DNA of 64,000 nucleotides. Origin: Prorocentrum cordatum (taxonomy: Eukaryota). Under the pieces are notes generated by a model. It saw only the letters and a program-made list of their open reading frames with translations. It was not told where the DNA came from and did not search any database. The DNA lies in assembly GCA_963575745.1 (NCBI GenBank), contig CAUYUJ010000225.1:1178001-1242000 (forward strand). The letters are read 5' to 3'. Numbering within the stretch: the stretch's first letter is position 1; the number at the start of each line of letters is the position of its first letter. The translations under genes were made by a program, and so were the position numbers. This document shows, piece after piece, positions 10,801 to 23,679 of the stretch.

Positions 10801-13379
10801 GCGTGCCAAGGATCATACAATCACGGATGCGGGACAATGGGAGATGGCGATGGCGCCAAGCTTTGGCAGTTTTGAAGAAGCGCGCGAGTGCTGCGACAGG
10901 CCGGCGAGTGACCATAACGAGTGAGCGGCGAATTGAAGCATGGCTGGGCGAAGGCAGCGCACGGTTTCGATCCGAAGGCGATCCCAATGGCGTGTTTTCT
11001 AATACCGACCCCGCTATGGAGCGAAGCGCTTGGTCACTGTACGCTTTTCGGGGTCTTTGTTGTTCGGCGTTTCTGGGGTTTCTGTGGGGTCCTTTTCAAG
11101 CGTTGTTTAGCGTTCTTGGTGCCCTTTTGGATCATTCTGGGGTTCTCTTGTGCTGTCTTCGGGCGTCTTGAAAAGCTTCGGCCGCCCCGGGGCGCTTTTA
11201 GGGGCCTCTTGGGACCGTCTTGGCGCGGGACCACGAAAGGGGGGGAAACAAAAAGGGGAGCGCCGTCGGTCGGAATGAGGGGGAGGGCGGTCCACGGGGG
11301 AAGGGGGGGGTGCACGGCCGGTCGGAAGAATGGGAAGGGGCTGGGTGGGAAGCGGGGGGGCAAGGTCGGGCAGCGGGGGGGGGGAGAAAGAGGTGCCGCG
11401 GGGGGTGAGGGGCGGGGGGCACGGTCGGTCGGAATGAAGGGAGAAGGGGGGGCGTGGTGGCTCACTGACAGGCATGCGTGAGACAGGTCCTGGCGTGGGC
11501 ATGGGAGGTGTGAGGGTGGCGTTCGTCTCTTCGCCCAAAGCAGAATGGGAGATAGGTGACGCAATGGCAAATCGGACGAGGCTGGCCCGTGCCACGGGCC
11601 CGCTCTGCTGCATGATGGAGAGAGTCGGCGTTGTCGACGGTTACGTCGCTAGTTTGTCTGCTTGCGTGACAGCTCCCGCGTGTGATGGTCGGCAGTGGTC
11701 GCATGTCATAATGGTAGAGGTTGATGCTCTCATCTTCGTGATGCCAATCTATGCCGATCGGGAAGTCATAGCCAGGGTAATATTCCTCCCCACTGCTGTC
11801 ATCTCCCGCGCTCGCGCCTGCGGTGATAGCTGGATGCCGCGGGTCGAAGACGTGGTTTTTGTTGCCCGTGGTACTGTGGATGTCCGTGATCATGATCTGT
11901 GTTCTCGGCCTCCTGGGCCAAAGACCCTCGGTCACGTGTGGGCTTGGGAGGAGGTTCGTGGTGGTGGCGAAGTAGCTCTCGTAGGCCACCTCGTAGCATA
12001 GACCCTCCTCCTCCTTCTCCTGCTCCTCCTGGTGGTGCCGAAGTAGCCCCCCTCCTGCTCCTCCTCCTCCTCCTCCTCCTCCTCCTCCTCTTTCTCCTCC
12101 TCTTCCTCCTCGCCCTCCTCCTTCTCCTCCTCCTCCTCCTCCTCCTCCTCCTCGCCCTCCTCCTCCTCCTCGCCCTCCTGCTCCTGCTCCTCCTCCTCCT
12201 CCTCCTCCTCCTCCTCCTCCTCCTCGCCCTCCTCCAGACGAGGCGGCGGGGCGGCACACCAGCGCGCAGGCTGCGGCGAGCACGACCTGGGCGCGCCGGT
12301 CGTCTGTCGGCTAATGAGGCCGAAGACCCGGGGCGGGGGGCCGGATCGAGAGGCGCCAAAGTCGGAGCCCTGGTCCTCCTGCTGCTCCTCCTCCTCCTCC
12401 TCCTCCCTGCGCCGCCCTGCGCCTCTTCCGCCCTCCTCCTCTCTCCCGCCGCCTCCTCCTCCTCCTCCTCCTCCTCCTCCTCCTCCTCCTCCTCCTCCTC
12501 CTCCTCCGCCGTCCTGAATTCTTCCGTAATAAAAGATCCTCCCTGTCTCACCCCGAGACAGGTCGAAAGGGCGGACTGGGCGTTTCGCCTGAGACCTCCT
12601 CACCATGTATGAGCCTGAGACTTCCTCACCATTCATAAGCCTGAAGCTTAAAACTGTCAACAATTCCACGGAACGAGGGCGGGTCTTTTTCGAAATGTGG
12701 CTATCGCCTTAGCGCCGCGCACATTCGTTCTAAGAGTTTCACAGATTGAGGGCGGCTCGTTTTCAAAAGGTGGCTCTCGCCTGAGCGCCGCGCACATTCA
12801 TTCCAAACATTTGCAAGAGTCTCGCTGGTTCCCCTGGTCAACGTACCATAAACGATGTTTTGGGACGAGTTAAGATTGACAGGGCGCAACAGTGACGCTG
12901 ATTCGCGTTGTTGACATCCCAGGAATGATGTTCTGGCACGGCTCAGGATCGCCAGGACGTAACAATCAGGTTAACTCGTGGCGCTTAAGTCCTGAGAATG
13001 GTACTTTGGTACGCTTCAAGATTTTTACACGGTTGACCCCTAACGGGCCAATTCCTGTGGAAATGAACCCTGGTAGGGGCCAGTGAAGAGGGAGCTTGGA
13101 GGGAGGGTGTATTCCAACACCGTTGACGAGTCTTGGGTTTACTCTGGTCCTCCTCCTCCTCCTCGTCCTCCTCATCCCCCTCCTCCTCGTCCTCCTCCTC
13201 TCTCCTCCTCCTTCTCCTCCTCCCCCCTCCTCCCTCCTCCTCCATCCTCCTCCTCGTTCTCCTCCTCCTCGTCCTCCTCCTCCTTTTCCTCCTCTCACCG
13301 TCCCTCCCTCCCTCCGGCTCCTCTGGCGTGTGCGAGATGTTGTGTTGAGCAAATCTTATCTTCGGCTACCAGTGGCGAG

Positions 13380-13649
13380 CCGATGAATAATAATAATACT
13401 AATAATAATAATGATAATAATATACTATGATGATGATGTGATGATGATGATGATGATGGTGATGATGATGGGGATGATGTTCTTGATGGCGATGGTGGTA
13501 ATGCTGCTGATGATGATGAAGACAGTGACGATGACGATGATGATGCTGCTGATGATGGTGATGATGGTGATGATGGTGATGATGACGATGATTACGCTGA
13601 CGACGATGATGATGAGGATGATGAAGATGAAGATGAAGATGAAGATGAA

Positions 13650-13694
<45 letters not shown>

Positions 13695-13698
13695 AATG

Positions 13699-13730
<32 letters not shown>

Positions 13731-13880
13731 GATGATGATGGTGATGCTGGTGTTGTTTTTAAATCATTATTATTATCGTTATTATGATTATGGAGATGAT
13801 ATTGATGATGATGATGGTGGTGATGTTGATGATGCTGATGATGTCATTGATGATGTCAATGATTATCGTCATGATGATGT
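13380..13880. repeat. (TAA)n/(ATG)n degenerate microsatellite
   Basis: Directly visible. Confidence 0.9.
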
Positions 13881-14260
13881 TCGTGGCCGAGGAGATCTTA
13901 GAGCAAGTCCGTGGCCTGCAACTGCAACGAACGTCAAACGGTGAAACAAATCTTGCTGAACCCTTTCTGCCACAGTCCTTGAGGCTCTGCCCGCCTCAGA
14001 AAATCTCATCTGCCCGTTCGGGAAGGACTGGACCCGGGCCAGCGGGAAAGCTGCTGCACCACAGCCATGTCTTGCGAAAGAAAGGCGTGTACTGTTTTTT
14101 GTTCCGAGTGCGGCAAACATGCCGTCTCCGCTCCTGTGCGGCTCATCAAAAAAAGCGAAACTGTTTTGGTGACCGCAATTCGGCAAAAGAACAGCATACG
14201 GCACTCAGGCGCTTGAATGGGTTTGCCTCCCAAATGTGGAAGGAGTGGTTGGGGGCCACT
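13880..14260 (+). pseudogene. 3' fragment of a LINE ORF (C-terminal zinc-finger region)
   Basis: LHHSHVLRKKGVYCF/(frameshift)CSECGKH...NCFG...ALRRLNG parallels the terminal H..FVCRRC..PCKG..RRAERG module of the LINE at ~40540-40710. Confidence 0.5.
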
Positions 14261-14517
14261 CGTTCGACGATGAAGGTGGCAGTGCAGCAAAGTGCTGCCC
14301 ATGCCATCGTGATCGCTCTTGTTTGTGGGAGTGGCGACCATCTGTTCGAGACCGTGCGTCATGACGTGTCTCAGTGTTAGCTTGCTGATGCGTGTGCTCC
14401 CAGCTGCTTCTAGTAACAACAAATCCTCGTGTCTCCTCCTCCTCGCTCGTCCTCGCCTCCTTCCCTCCTCCTCCTCGCTCTTCCTCCCCAACTGCTGCAG
14501 CAACAAACAATTGACTA

Positions 14518-14682
14518 ACTACCTATCACACCACCCCAACCCAACCCGAAAACCCGAATGTCGGTTTGGGGGCGGGTACGGGCTTCACGTGTTTTTTCAA
14601 TGTTCCCTGGGCCCCCTCCCCACTGGAAATGGAGTGTAAATCGGGGCCTTCGGGTTGGGTTGGGGTGGTTTGGTGGGCGGTG
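14518..14682. mobile_element. ~165-bp MITE family B, copy 1
   Basis: TIR ACCACCCCAACCCAACCCGAA (14530) / TTCGGGTTGGGTTGGGGTGGT (ends 14669); second copy at 44054. Confidence 0.8.
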
Positions 14683-14829
14683 AGCAATCCTGCATCTCCT
14701 CGATCTTCCTCGTCTCCCTCCCTCCTCCCACCACTGGGCGGCTGCCGCTTCTTCTCGTCTCCCTCCTTCCACGCGCTCCACCTGCCTTCCAAGACGAAGC
14801 AAAGACGAAAATAAATTCCTTTGAGAATG

Positions 14830-15006
14830 CAGTGGGGGCTCGACCAAAAGAAACCTTCCACAAGAAACCCAACCCTGAGACCCCAGGACGTCCATTGATT
14901 TTTCGGCATGGGAACGTCACGCTCTCCATCGCAAAACCATTGAAACCCAAGAAACCCAGGGCACCCTGGAGGCAAGCAGGGCGTTTCTTGGCATGGGCCT
15001 CCACTG
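14830..15006 (+). mobile_element. MITE family A, copy 2
   Basis: CAGTGGGGGCTC ... GGGCCTCCACTG-TA with the shared core. Confidence 0.85.
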
Positions 15007-16091
15007 TAGATCACAAATCTCTGAGATCTGGCGGCTCTGGAGGATGTATCGGGCGCCACGGCCTTCTCAAAGCGCTCTGGAACGCTCTGAGAGCGTTCCA
15101 GAACGCTCTGGAACGGATTTATCCTCTTCCTAGCCCCGTCAGATCCTCCTCCTCCCTCATTATCTGGGACATGCGTGTACATAGGGTCTCGCGCCATGCC
15201 CGTGCGGAGGTGGCCGCCTCCTCCTCATCATCCTCCGATTTGCGGAACCCTGAAATCAAGATTTCAGCTAGAAACTCCGGTTCGGATTGCAACCAGGATT
15301 CTCGGGGCAGCCTTTAGCTGCCTTGGGAACTAACCTCGAGGTGGGATAATCTCCGTAAAGGGTGCCACGGCTGGATACCAAAATGGGTTTACGGTATACT
15401 CCGGCCATTCTACGTCGGACACTTACATATTCACAACACTTACGATAACCACATCATAGATGTCCCACAAGATGTATAGTCCTGGTTAACAACGCGCTGT
15501 CCATCATACTCGCGGGGAGCAGCTGGTCCCAGGTGGCACAGCTCCAGCAACTAGCCCTTTCGATCCTTCAGACCCCAACGAAATCAAAAAATACTGGCTG
15601 CCGTAAGCCGCCTTGGACGGCTCCAAAAGAAGCCTACGTAGATGCTAACGCTCTCGGGCGAGATCCGCCGAATCTTGCAAATTCACCCAAATCAGCAACA
15701 GTACAACCAAGGCAGTACGTACTGCGGTCACCCATCGTCGACACCGACATCGAATCATCGTCCCAACATGGCACGCTGTTGATGCTCATTCTCCTCGATG
15801 GTATACGTACTTCTATTGGGCATGGCATATGCACATGCAAACGTTTGTGCAAACATCAATTACGAAATCCGCCGGCCCCCTTGTGGGGCCATCAGGCTGC
15901 GAGGCTTAAGCTTGCTGCTCCCTGCGCCAATTGCAGTTTCAAGTCTCCAATGTTACAATTCTGCTTTTGTTTCCTAATGTAAACTGTTCAAATCCGCACG
16001 AGGGGGGGGAGCCGAAAAGGGCCCCGTTACCGCCCCTCCGCGTTGTCTGAATTCATGCGGGGCCGTGGGACAATGTAAAAATACATAAGAT

Positions 16092-16682
16092 TCGCGCTCC
16101 CGCCGCAATAATCCCTCGTACATTACAATGTGTTCGTGTCCCCAAGGCCACGATCCTGCGTAAATAATACCACGCTCGCATGCCCGAAGCCACGGTCCCT
16201 GGTAAAATACACCATGCTCGCGCCCCCGAGGCCACGATCTCCGGCAAATTACACTACATTCGCGCCTTTGGGGTCACGATCCCATGTAAATTACGTCACA
16301 GTTGCGCCCCCGAGGCCACGATCCCTGGTAAATTATCTAATATTCGCGAACATATGCAAAGTATCAAGTCTTGCGTATCCGAAGCAACAAACCCTCGGAA
16401 CTTCTACGATATTCGCGTCCCCGAGGCCATTCACCCTCGCAAATTACAAAATTGTTGCGCCCCCGAGACAACAAACTCTCGTACACGACTCAAACTGTGC
16501 GTCCCCGAGGTAACACACCCTTTTGTAAATTACATAACGATCGCGTCCCCGAAACCAGAACAGGCGTAAACAATACAAAATTAGCGCTCCCGAAACCACA
16601 AACCCTCGCAACTTGCTCAATAATCGCGTCCCCGAAGCCAGAATCCCTGGTAAATTCTAGACGCTTCGCGTATCCCAACCAG
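16092..16682. repeat. Diverged ~42-bp minisatellite (~14 units; TCGCGTCCCCGAGGCCACGATCCCTGGTAAATTAC...)
   Basis: Periodic units read directly; isolated related units at ~20543-20583 and ~54700-54775. Confidence 0.85.
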
Positions 16683-18351
16683 ACTCCCGCCGTCACCCTG
16701 GATCCGTTGGCTCTGTGGGACACGTCTCGGGTACAAGACGTCCTCGTCCCTCTGTGCTAGGCGACTCGGATGGGTATCGCTGGGCCACCTTTGATGTGCA
16801 CACTCCTAGGGGTCTGCCGTGCATCGTGCCCTTCCTTACCTTCCACTCGTCGGGTCTGGGCTGTCGCATCTCAGGTGTGGATGTTCTGTCTTGTCATCAC
16901 TCTCCACACCCTGGATGCGCTTCTTACGTTGCGACTGGCTCGCCGCCTGCTCTTCAGTTGGTACTTGTCCCCAGTCGGTCTGTGGTACCCTGCAGGCTCC
17001 ATGGATCGGTGCTCTCTGGACGTCATTGCTGGACGGCTTCCTACCGCGACCTTGGATCAGTGGCTTTGTGGGACTTGCCTGGGTATACACAGTCTCGTTC
17101 CGCCTGTGCTCTTCGCCTCATCGGACTGCACTGTGACACTGTGCTGTGCACACGCCGCGTTTCGACGGGAGCGTGCATTCGGTGCCCTTCCACCCGTTGG
17201 GTCTGGGCCGACACGTCTTGGTGTGGTTGTCTTTTCGGAACATGGATACACCTTGATGTCGCTGACGCCGCGGCTCGCTGCCGCCGTCGGGATCCTCGTT
17301 GGACTTCCCACCCTGACCTCTGTGTTACCCGACAGGCTGGGGCTGGCGCCCTCGGCCGTTCCCTTGTCCCCTCTTGGACGTTGGAACGTTTTCGCGCCAT
17401 TTTGGCTGCGCTTGGTGGTCTCGGTGCCTACCCCAGGCCTGTTGGACGCACCTGCATGCCCGCTCAGGGGCTGTCATGGCACCTGGACTGCATCGTTTTC
17501 CCTGGACGCTGTCGTGAGCCGCCTGACCCGCGGCCACGCGCGTTAGGTAATTTAGTCGCGTCCGCGGCCCGTTCGCGACCTTCCGCCGCTGGCGCTTCCG
17601 CCTGCGGCTGTAAAAAAAAAGAAGTATCCCAACCAGTTCGTCTGCTGCCTACAGTGGCGGCTGGATCGCCAATTTACAATGCGCCGTGGCCCGGACGTTG
17701 TGACCGCTCTCTGGGGTTTTCCTTGGAGCCGCCGAGAAAAAAGTATCCCAACCAGTTCGGGGTTTGCGTGATGTGTCGCGGAGCGGTACAGCCTTCCAGC
17801 AGACACCGTGGTTCCCCACTGGCGCCCTGTCCCCGCCTAGTCGGCTTGTACCCCGCCACAGCTGTGGCCCTGGCTCTTGGCGCCCTGTGGCGACATGGTC
17901 AGACTGTACCTGGTCACTCATGTCCATGGTACCTGAGCTCGAATGCGTGGCTTCCAGCTCCTCGTTCCTGGTAGCGCGCCTACTGGGTTGCCCGGCGGTG
18001 GAGGCGCTCCGCTAGTTTGATGCGTGGTTGCAGGTACAGACCCGATCATGCTTTCCTGGCGTGCAGGACTTAATTCCACTTTGGCGTCTTTCAGCCTCTG
18101 TCGTGCATGTTGCACCAGCTACCCTGGCCTTCTGCAGACTGCTCAGCCAGCTCCCCATCAGCTGCAGCCCCGCCGGCAGCTGCTTCTGAGTACTGGCCCG
18201 GCCGCTTCGCTCGAGGCTCGCGCGTAGCCAATTAGGCAGGACCCTATCCCGGACCTCCCCTTCGGCGACTGCGTGACCGCGTCAGCCCGCGGAAAAAAAG
18301 TATCCCAACCAGTCACCACGGCGCCTGCGCTTTCGCTTGCGCCCGCGAGGA

Positions 18352-20382
18352 AAAAGTATCCCAACCAGCCCATCCAGAAACGATGTCCAGGCGAGTTGAG
18401 GTGATCAGGAAAGTGCGGGAGCAAAGAGGTGGACGGCCGAACCGTGCGAAGGAGGGAGGAGGAGGAGGAGGGGGCTGGATGGATGGATGAGGGAGTGGGG
18501 AAAAGGAATATGAACAGCATGATGATGAGGATGAGGATGAGGAGAAGGAGGAAGAGAATGAGTAGGAGGAGGAAAGAGGAGCAGGAGGAGGAGGACAGGC
18601 ATAAGGGCCAGAGGTCTTTTGGATGCCTCTCGGAGCCTCTTGGGATATCTCTTGGGCGCCCGTCTGGACGCCTCCTGGGGCCCTCTTCGGGCGCTCGTGG
18701 GAGCTTTAGGGGCGCTCTTGGGGCCATCTTGGAGGAGGTCAATCAAAGAAGGGGGGGGTCCTTGCGGACGCAACGCGCACACAGTGCCAGCATGTCTGAG
18801 ACCGACCGATCCAAGGCCGCGGCAGGTCATGCTGACGCTTCTGGAGCGGGGCGCCCCTCGTATGCGGGGCGTCAACCGGGAGGTCGGATCTGCAGCATGA
18901 CCGAACCGAAACCAGATCGATCTCGCTTAACAGGCAGCGTCGCAACTCTTATTCGAACCGCGGGGCAGGCCGACCAAGAAAAGCGGGCCGGCCAGGCATT
19001 AAGTGGCCTCCCCCTCGGGAGCCCCTGAAATCGCCTCCTGGACCTCTCTTGGAGCGCTCTTGGGCGCTCTTGGAGCCGTCTTGGGACTCTCTCGGGCCTC
19101 TCTTAGGGCCCTCATGGGCCCTCTTGGAGCTGTGTTGAAGTCTCGGATGGCCATCGGAAGCGAAAAAGACGAGAATGCCAAATTCATTGATTGTCTTTAG
19201 GTTTGTTGAAAGATTTGGGCATCTTGGAGGCCTCCTTGGGAGGCTCCGTGGCTACTTGGAGCCGTCTTTGGGGCGGTATTGGGGCCTATCGGAGCATGTT
19301 GGGAGCAATCTTGACGCATTTTGTGCACCCCTGAGACCTATTGGAGGTCATTTCGGGTTCTTTTGAGCGCAGCCCTCTAGGCGTATGTGGTTTAGGGTGT
19401 TTCCTCTTCCACCCCTCCCTCTTCCCCTTCGGGGAGGGGTTCACCTCTCCCTCTTTATCCCCTCCTCTGGACTTGGGCGGGGGTGGTCGCGGGGAGTTGG
19501 AGCGTCCAGGATGGTCCAAGATGGCTCCAAGAGGGCCTCAGAGAGCCCAAGATGACCTCCAAAATTGCCCAAGATGCCCCAGGATGCGTCAAGATGGCCC
19601 CCAAGATGCTCCAAGAGGCACCAAGGCCGCTTCAAGACGGCTCCGAGCGGCCACAGAGCCTCCCCAGGAGGCCGCCAAGAAACAACGGACAATCAATGAA
19701 TGATGCCTCCTGGCATGTTCGCTTCCGATGGCCTTCCGAGGCCTCCAGGCAGCTCCAGGAGGGCCCATGAGGGCCCCAAGAGAGGCCCCAGAGAGCCCTA
19801 AGACGGCCCCAAGAGCGCTCAAGAGCGCTCCAAGAGGGGTCCAAGAGGTGATTTGGGGGGCTCCCGAGAGGCGCCCAGGAGGCCCCAATAATCCCCAAGA
19901 TGGCTCCAAGATGGCCTCAAGATGGCCTCAAGAGGCCCCCTGGAGGCCCCCAAGAGGACCCCAAGCGGCCCCAAGAGGCCCCCCCGAGGCACCCAAGACG
20001 CCCAAGAGCCCCCAGGACCGCCGAGAGACCCCCAAGACGTCCCAAGAGGCCTCCAAGAAGCGCCCAAGAGATATCCCAACAGGCTCCGAGGGGCATCCAA
20101 AAGACCTCTGGCCCTTATGCGTACCCTCCTCCTCCTGCTCTTCATTCCTTCTCCACCTCCTCCTCCTCCTCCTCCTCCTCCTCCTCCTCCTCCTCCTCCT
20201 CCTCCTCCCCATCAGCCTATTAAACTTCCTTCTCTCCACTTCCTCATCAATCCATCCAGCCTCCTCCTTCTTCTCCTGCCTCCGTCGCACGGTTCGGCCG
20301 TCCATCTCTTTGTTCCCGCACTTCCCTGATCACCTCAACTCGCCTGGACATCGTTTCTGGATGTGCTGGTATGGATACTTTT
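18352..20382. repeat. Large nested inverted repeat (foldback)
   Basis: 18352-18680 is the approximate reverse complement of 20045-20382, and 19006-19165 of 19719-19880. Confidence 0.8.
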
Positions 20383-22713
20383 CGCTCGCGAGCGACGCGG
20401 GCAGCCGCGCGCCGTCTAACAAATCGTAAAGCGAGAGTCAGGCACAGCGCAGTTGCCGCCGGGCTGGTGCGGATACGCGAAGCGTCTAGAATTGCTAAAT
20501 TCTTGGGCCCCCGAGGGAACAACACCTAGTAATGTATTCAATATTCGCGTCCACGTGGCCACAAACCCTCGCAAATTCGTACTGCCGAGGCCCAGAGTGC
20601 TCCAAGGCGCCCGAAGATAGTTCCAAGAAGACCCAAAAGGACCCCAAGAGGCCCAAGAGCGCCCCGAGAGGCCTCCCGAGAGAGCCCCAAGAGGCCAACA
20701 TCGTCGATGTTACAAAAAAAATGGTTGAAGGAGCTAGTAGTTCTCGCATTCTCGGCTTTCCGGCGCTCCAAGATGATTCAAGAAGTTACCAAGACCGCCT
20801 CGAGACAGTCCAAGACGCCTCCAAGAGGGCCCCAAAACGGCCCGAGACGGCTCCAAGATGGCCCAAGAAGCGCTCCGGGAAGCCCCTAGGAGGCCCCAAG
20901 AGGCCCCAAGAGGCGCCCAAGACGCGCCAAAGAGGCCTCCAAGAGGCCCAAAAAATACCCTACGAGGCCCCAAGAGGCCCCCAAGAGGCGCCGAAACCGC
21001 CTCCAAGAGGCCCCCGAGAGGCTCCCCACGACACCCCAACATATATACAAGAGGCCTCGGACCCACAACCCAGACATGGTGGCGGGATGGGCCGAAGGCC
21101 ACTAGGACAACGCCAACGTCTCAGTATGCCTTGATGATTCCTATCCGCCTTCGCATGATGTTCCCAGATGCGCCAAGGCATCGCCGAGACGCACCGACGC
21201 GATTCTGATGTATCCCATTATGATAGAAAGGGGGCCGGCGGCAGGGGGCGAAGCCCTTGGGATAACAAACATATCCACTGTACTCAGATGACTACCTCAT
21301 GATCGCCTGACACAAAACGTGAAACGTCGGCCCCAAACACGTTCTCGTTTGCGGCATCGCGTCGACGCCGAGTGCCGATTGAGCGCGAGAGCTGGAAGAA
21401 CCAGCTCTCGAAACCAAACCGCTCATCGTTGCGCAGTGGATGCCGAGCGGCGGGCGCGCGGGCAACGCGCCGCACCCCCGCGCAGCGGCGAACTCGAGCG
21501 GCAGCGGCGCTCGCTCGCCCGGCCGCCACGTGCTGGAGCGCGCGCCGAGCGTGCAGCCGAGAGACCCGTGCGCCACCGCCCGAGTGCACGTGGCACGGCA
21601 CCACGGGCACGACACGGACGCGGCGTGGCGCGCGGGCCACGCACGCGGCCCCGCGCCGCGGGCGCGCACGGCACGGCCCGAACAGCGCACGCCCGACCTC
21701 CCGAGAACTCGGCACGGCGCGGCGCGGCGCGCGGCACGCGTCCCGCACCCTGAGGACTTTGGCACGGCTCGGCGCGGCACGCGGGCGGCGCACTTCGCGA
21801 GTCGTAGAGCTTCGGCGCGGCGCAGCTCCCCGCGGGCGGCACAGCTCTCCCAGCATCAAGCTTCGGGTGGGTCAGTGCGTGTATTGTACGTAGTATCCAG
21901 CATGCCTCCAAGAGTTCCCGAGACTACTCAATGCGGCTCCGAGTGGCCACGGAGCCTCCCAAGACCCTAACCTATCCACAAGATGTGAGCCTTATCGCCT
22001 TTTCACTTCCGATGGGCCCCTAAGGCCTCAAGGTGCCTCCAAGATGGCCCAAATAGAGCCCCGAGAGAGGCCCAAAAGAGTTCTGAGAATACCACAGGAG
22101 CGTCAAAGAGCGCCCCAAGATGTCCCCAAGAGGCGACGTTTCGGGCTCCAGAAGGGCGAGGCTAACTCAGGACCCGCCCACGTCTGATCGATGTCTTCCA
22201 ATGTGGCCTCAAGAAGTCATCCAAGGCTCCCAAGAGGACCCCAAGAGGGCCCAAACACAGCCGCAAGGGCCTTCAAGATTGTTCCAAGGTAGTCCGATCA
22301 AACCGTCATGAGGTTCTCATACCGAAAGATTCGAGAAGGCATGCAGTGATGACTGCTGGGTCTGATTTCTGATCCCAAGCTTCGGTTTAAGGCTGCCGCC
22401 CTCTTTGTTCCACTGCTTGCTCCCACGCTTGCCTGATCAATGCAACCCGCCTGGGTGTCGGATACGCGAAACATCAAAAACACGGCAGGCTCCCTGTGAG
22501 CCCTGTGTCGTGTTGGACCGCTGGAGGGTTGGCCCCTTGATTGGCCAGTCGAGTAGCTAGAAGAAGGAGAGCGGGCTCGCGGCTCCCCATCACATCGACG
22601 AGAAAGCCTTCCCCCCATACGGCCCAAGAAGGCTCCAAGATGGCCCAAGAAGGCCGCCATACGGCTCCAAGATAGCTCGAGATGCCCCAGTGTTGTATCC
22701 AATATGGCACAGT

Positions 22714-23679
22714 GTCCGCCAACGTGCCGCTGGGCACGGAGTGGGCGTGTCCTCAGGTCCTTTGCCCGATTTGAGCCTTAGTCCTCAGTCCTGAGGGGTC
22801 AATTACAGTGGAGGCCAGTCAACAACAAACCTTCCACAAGAAACCCAACCCTGAGACCCCAGGTCGTCCATTGATTTTTGGTGTGGGAACGGCACGCTTT
22901 CCATCGCAAAACCATCGGAACCCAAGATACCCAGGGCACCCTGGAGGCAAGCAGGGCGTTTCTTGGCATGGGTCTCCACTGCAGGGACCTGGACCCAAAT
23001 GCCCGAAATCTCCTGGGCTGCCCGCGCTCCCCCCCCCTGCCCCCCCCCCCCGCATCTTGTCGCGCGGCACGTTCTGGCCCAAGAGGGCCCCAAGACGGGC
23101 CCAAGAGAGCCTGGAGAGGCCCCTTCTAGGACGGTCCAAGAGGGCCTTTTGGTCGCCGATCGGTCACCCCAAGACGCAAGACGCGCAAAATGGCCCCAAG
23201 ACGGCCCAAGAGGCCCCCAAGACGCCCCAAGAGGCCTCGAAGAGGCCTCCAAGAAGACCCCAAAAGGCCAACATCATTGATATTCCTTAGGCTTTCGGAT
23301 GTTCTTGGCATTCTCGCCGTTTCGGCTTCCCGATGCTCCAAGACGGCCCGAGAGGCCCCCAAGATCGAGCACCCCGCACCGGCCTACAAGAGGGCCCCAA
23401 GACGGCTTATAAGCGCCCCAAGACGGCCCAAGAGGCGCCCAAGCTGGGCCAAGAGGGCCCCAAGATGGCCCCGAAAGGGGTCCAAGAGAGGGAACACGCA
23501 CCGAACATCCGAGCCTTCTGCCCCAAGAGGCCCCGAGGGGCGCCAAGGAGGCCCCAAGAGGCACCCAAAAGGTCCAACGAGCCCCCGAGAGGCTCCCCAC
23601 AAGATCCCAACGAACGGCCAGTAGGCTTCGTACCCACAACCCAGGCACGGTGGCGGGATTGGCCGAAGGCCATCAGATA
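22714..23679 (+). mobile_element. Helentron/DINE-1-like non-autonomous element containing CCAAGA satellite and a nested MITE
   Basis: 5' TCCGCCAACGTGCC with stem-loop CGTGCC-GCTG-GGCACG; 3' GGCACGGTGGCGG (23644-23656, 12/13 inverted match) then GGCC-GAA-GGCC hairpin. A related 3' end lies at 21062-21108. Confidence 0.65.
22806..22981 (+). mobile_element. MITE family A, copy 3
   Basis: TA-CAGTGGAGGCC ... GGTCTCCACTG with the shared core. Confidence 0.85.

Larger units (their letters stand above)
15866..21264 (+). mobile_element. Putative large Helentron/DINE-1-like non-autonomous element with nested insertions
   Basis: 5' CCGCCGGCCCCCTT (15869-15882) with stem-loop GGCCCC-(C)TTGT-GGGGCC. Exact reverse complement AAGGGGGCCGGCGG at 21228-21241, followed by hairpin GGGC-GAA-GCCC and TTGGGATAA. 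Confidence 0.5.

Noticed and set aside
16715..17974. 419-aa ORF as a gene or retroelement remnant
   Set aside because: No recognisable motifs; GC-rich DNA with several overlapping open frames.
18223..18237. SL-like CGTAGCCAATTAGGC (similar weak hits near 47308 and 53571)
   Set aside because: Too degenerate or short, with no associated coding sequence.
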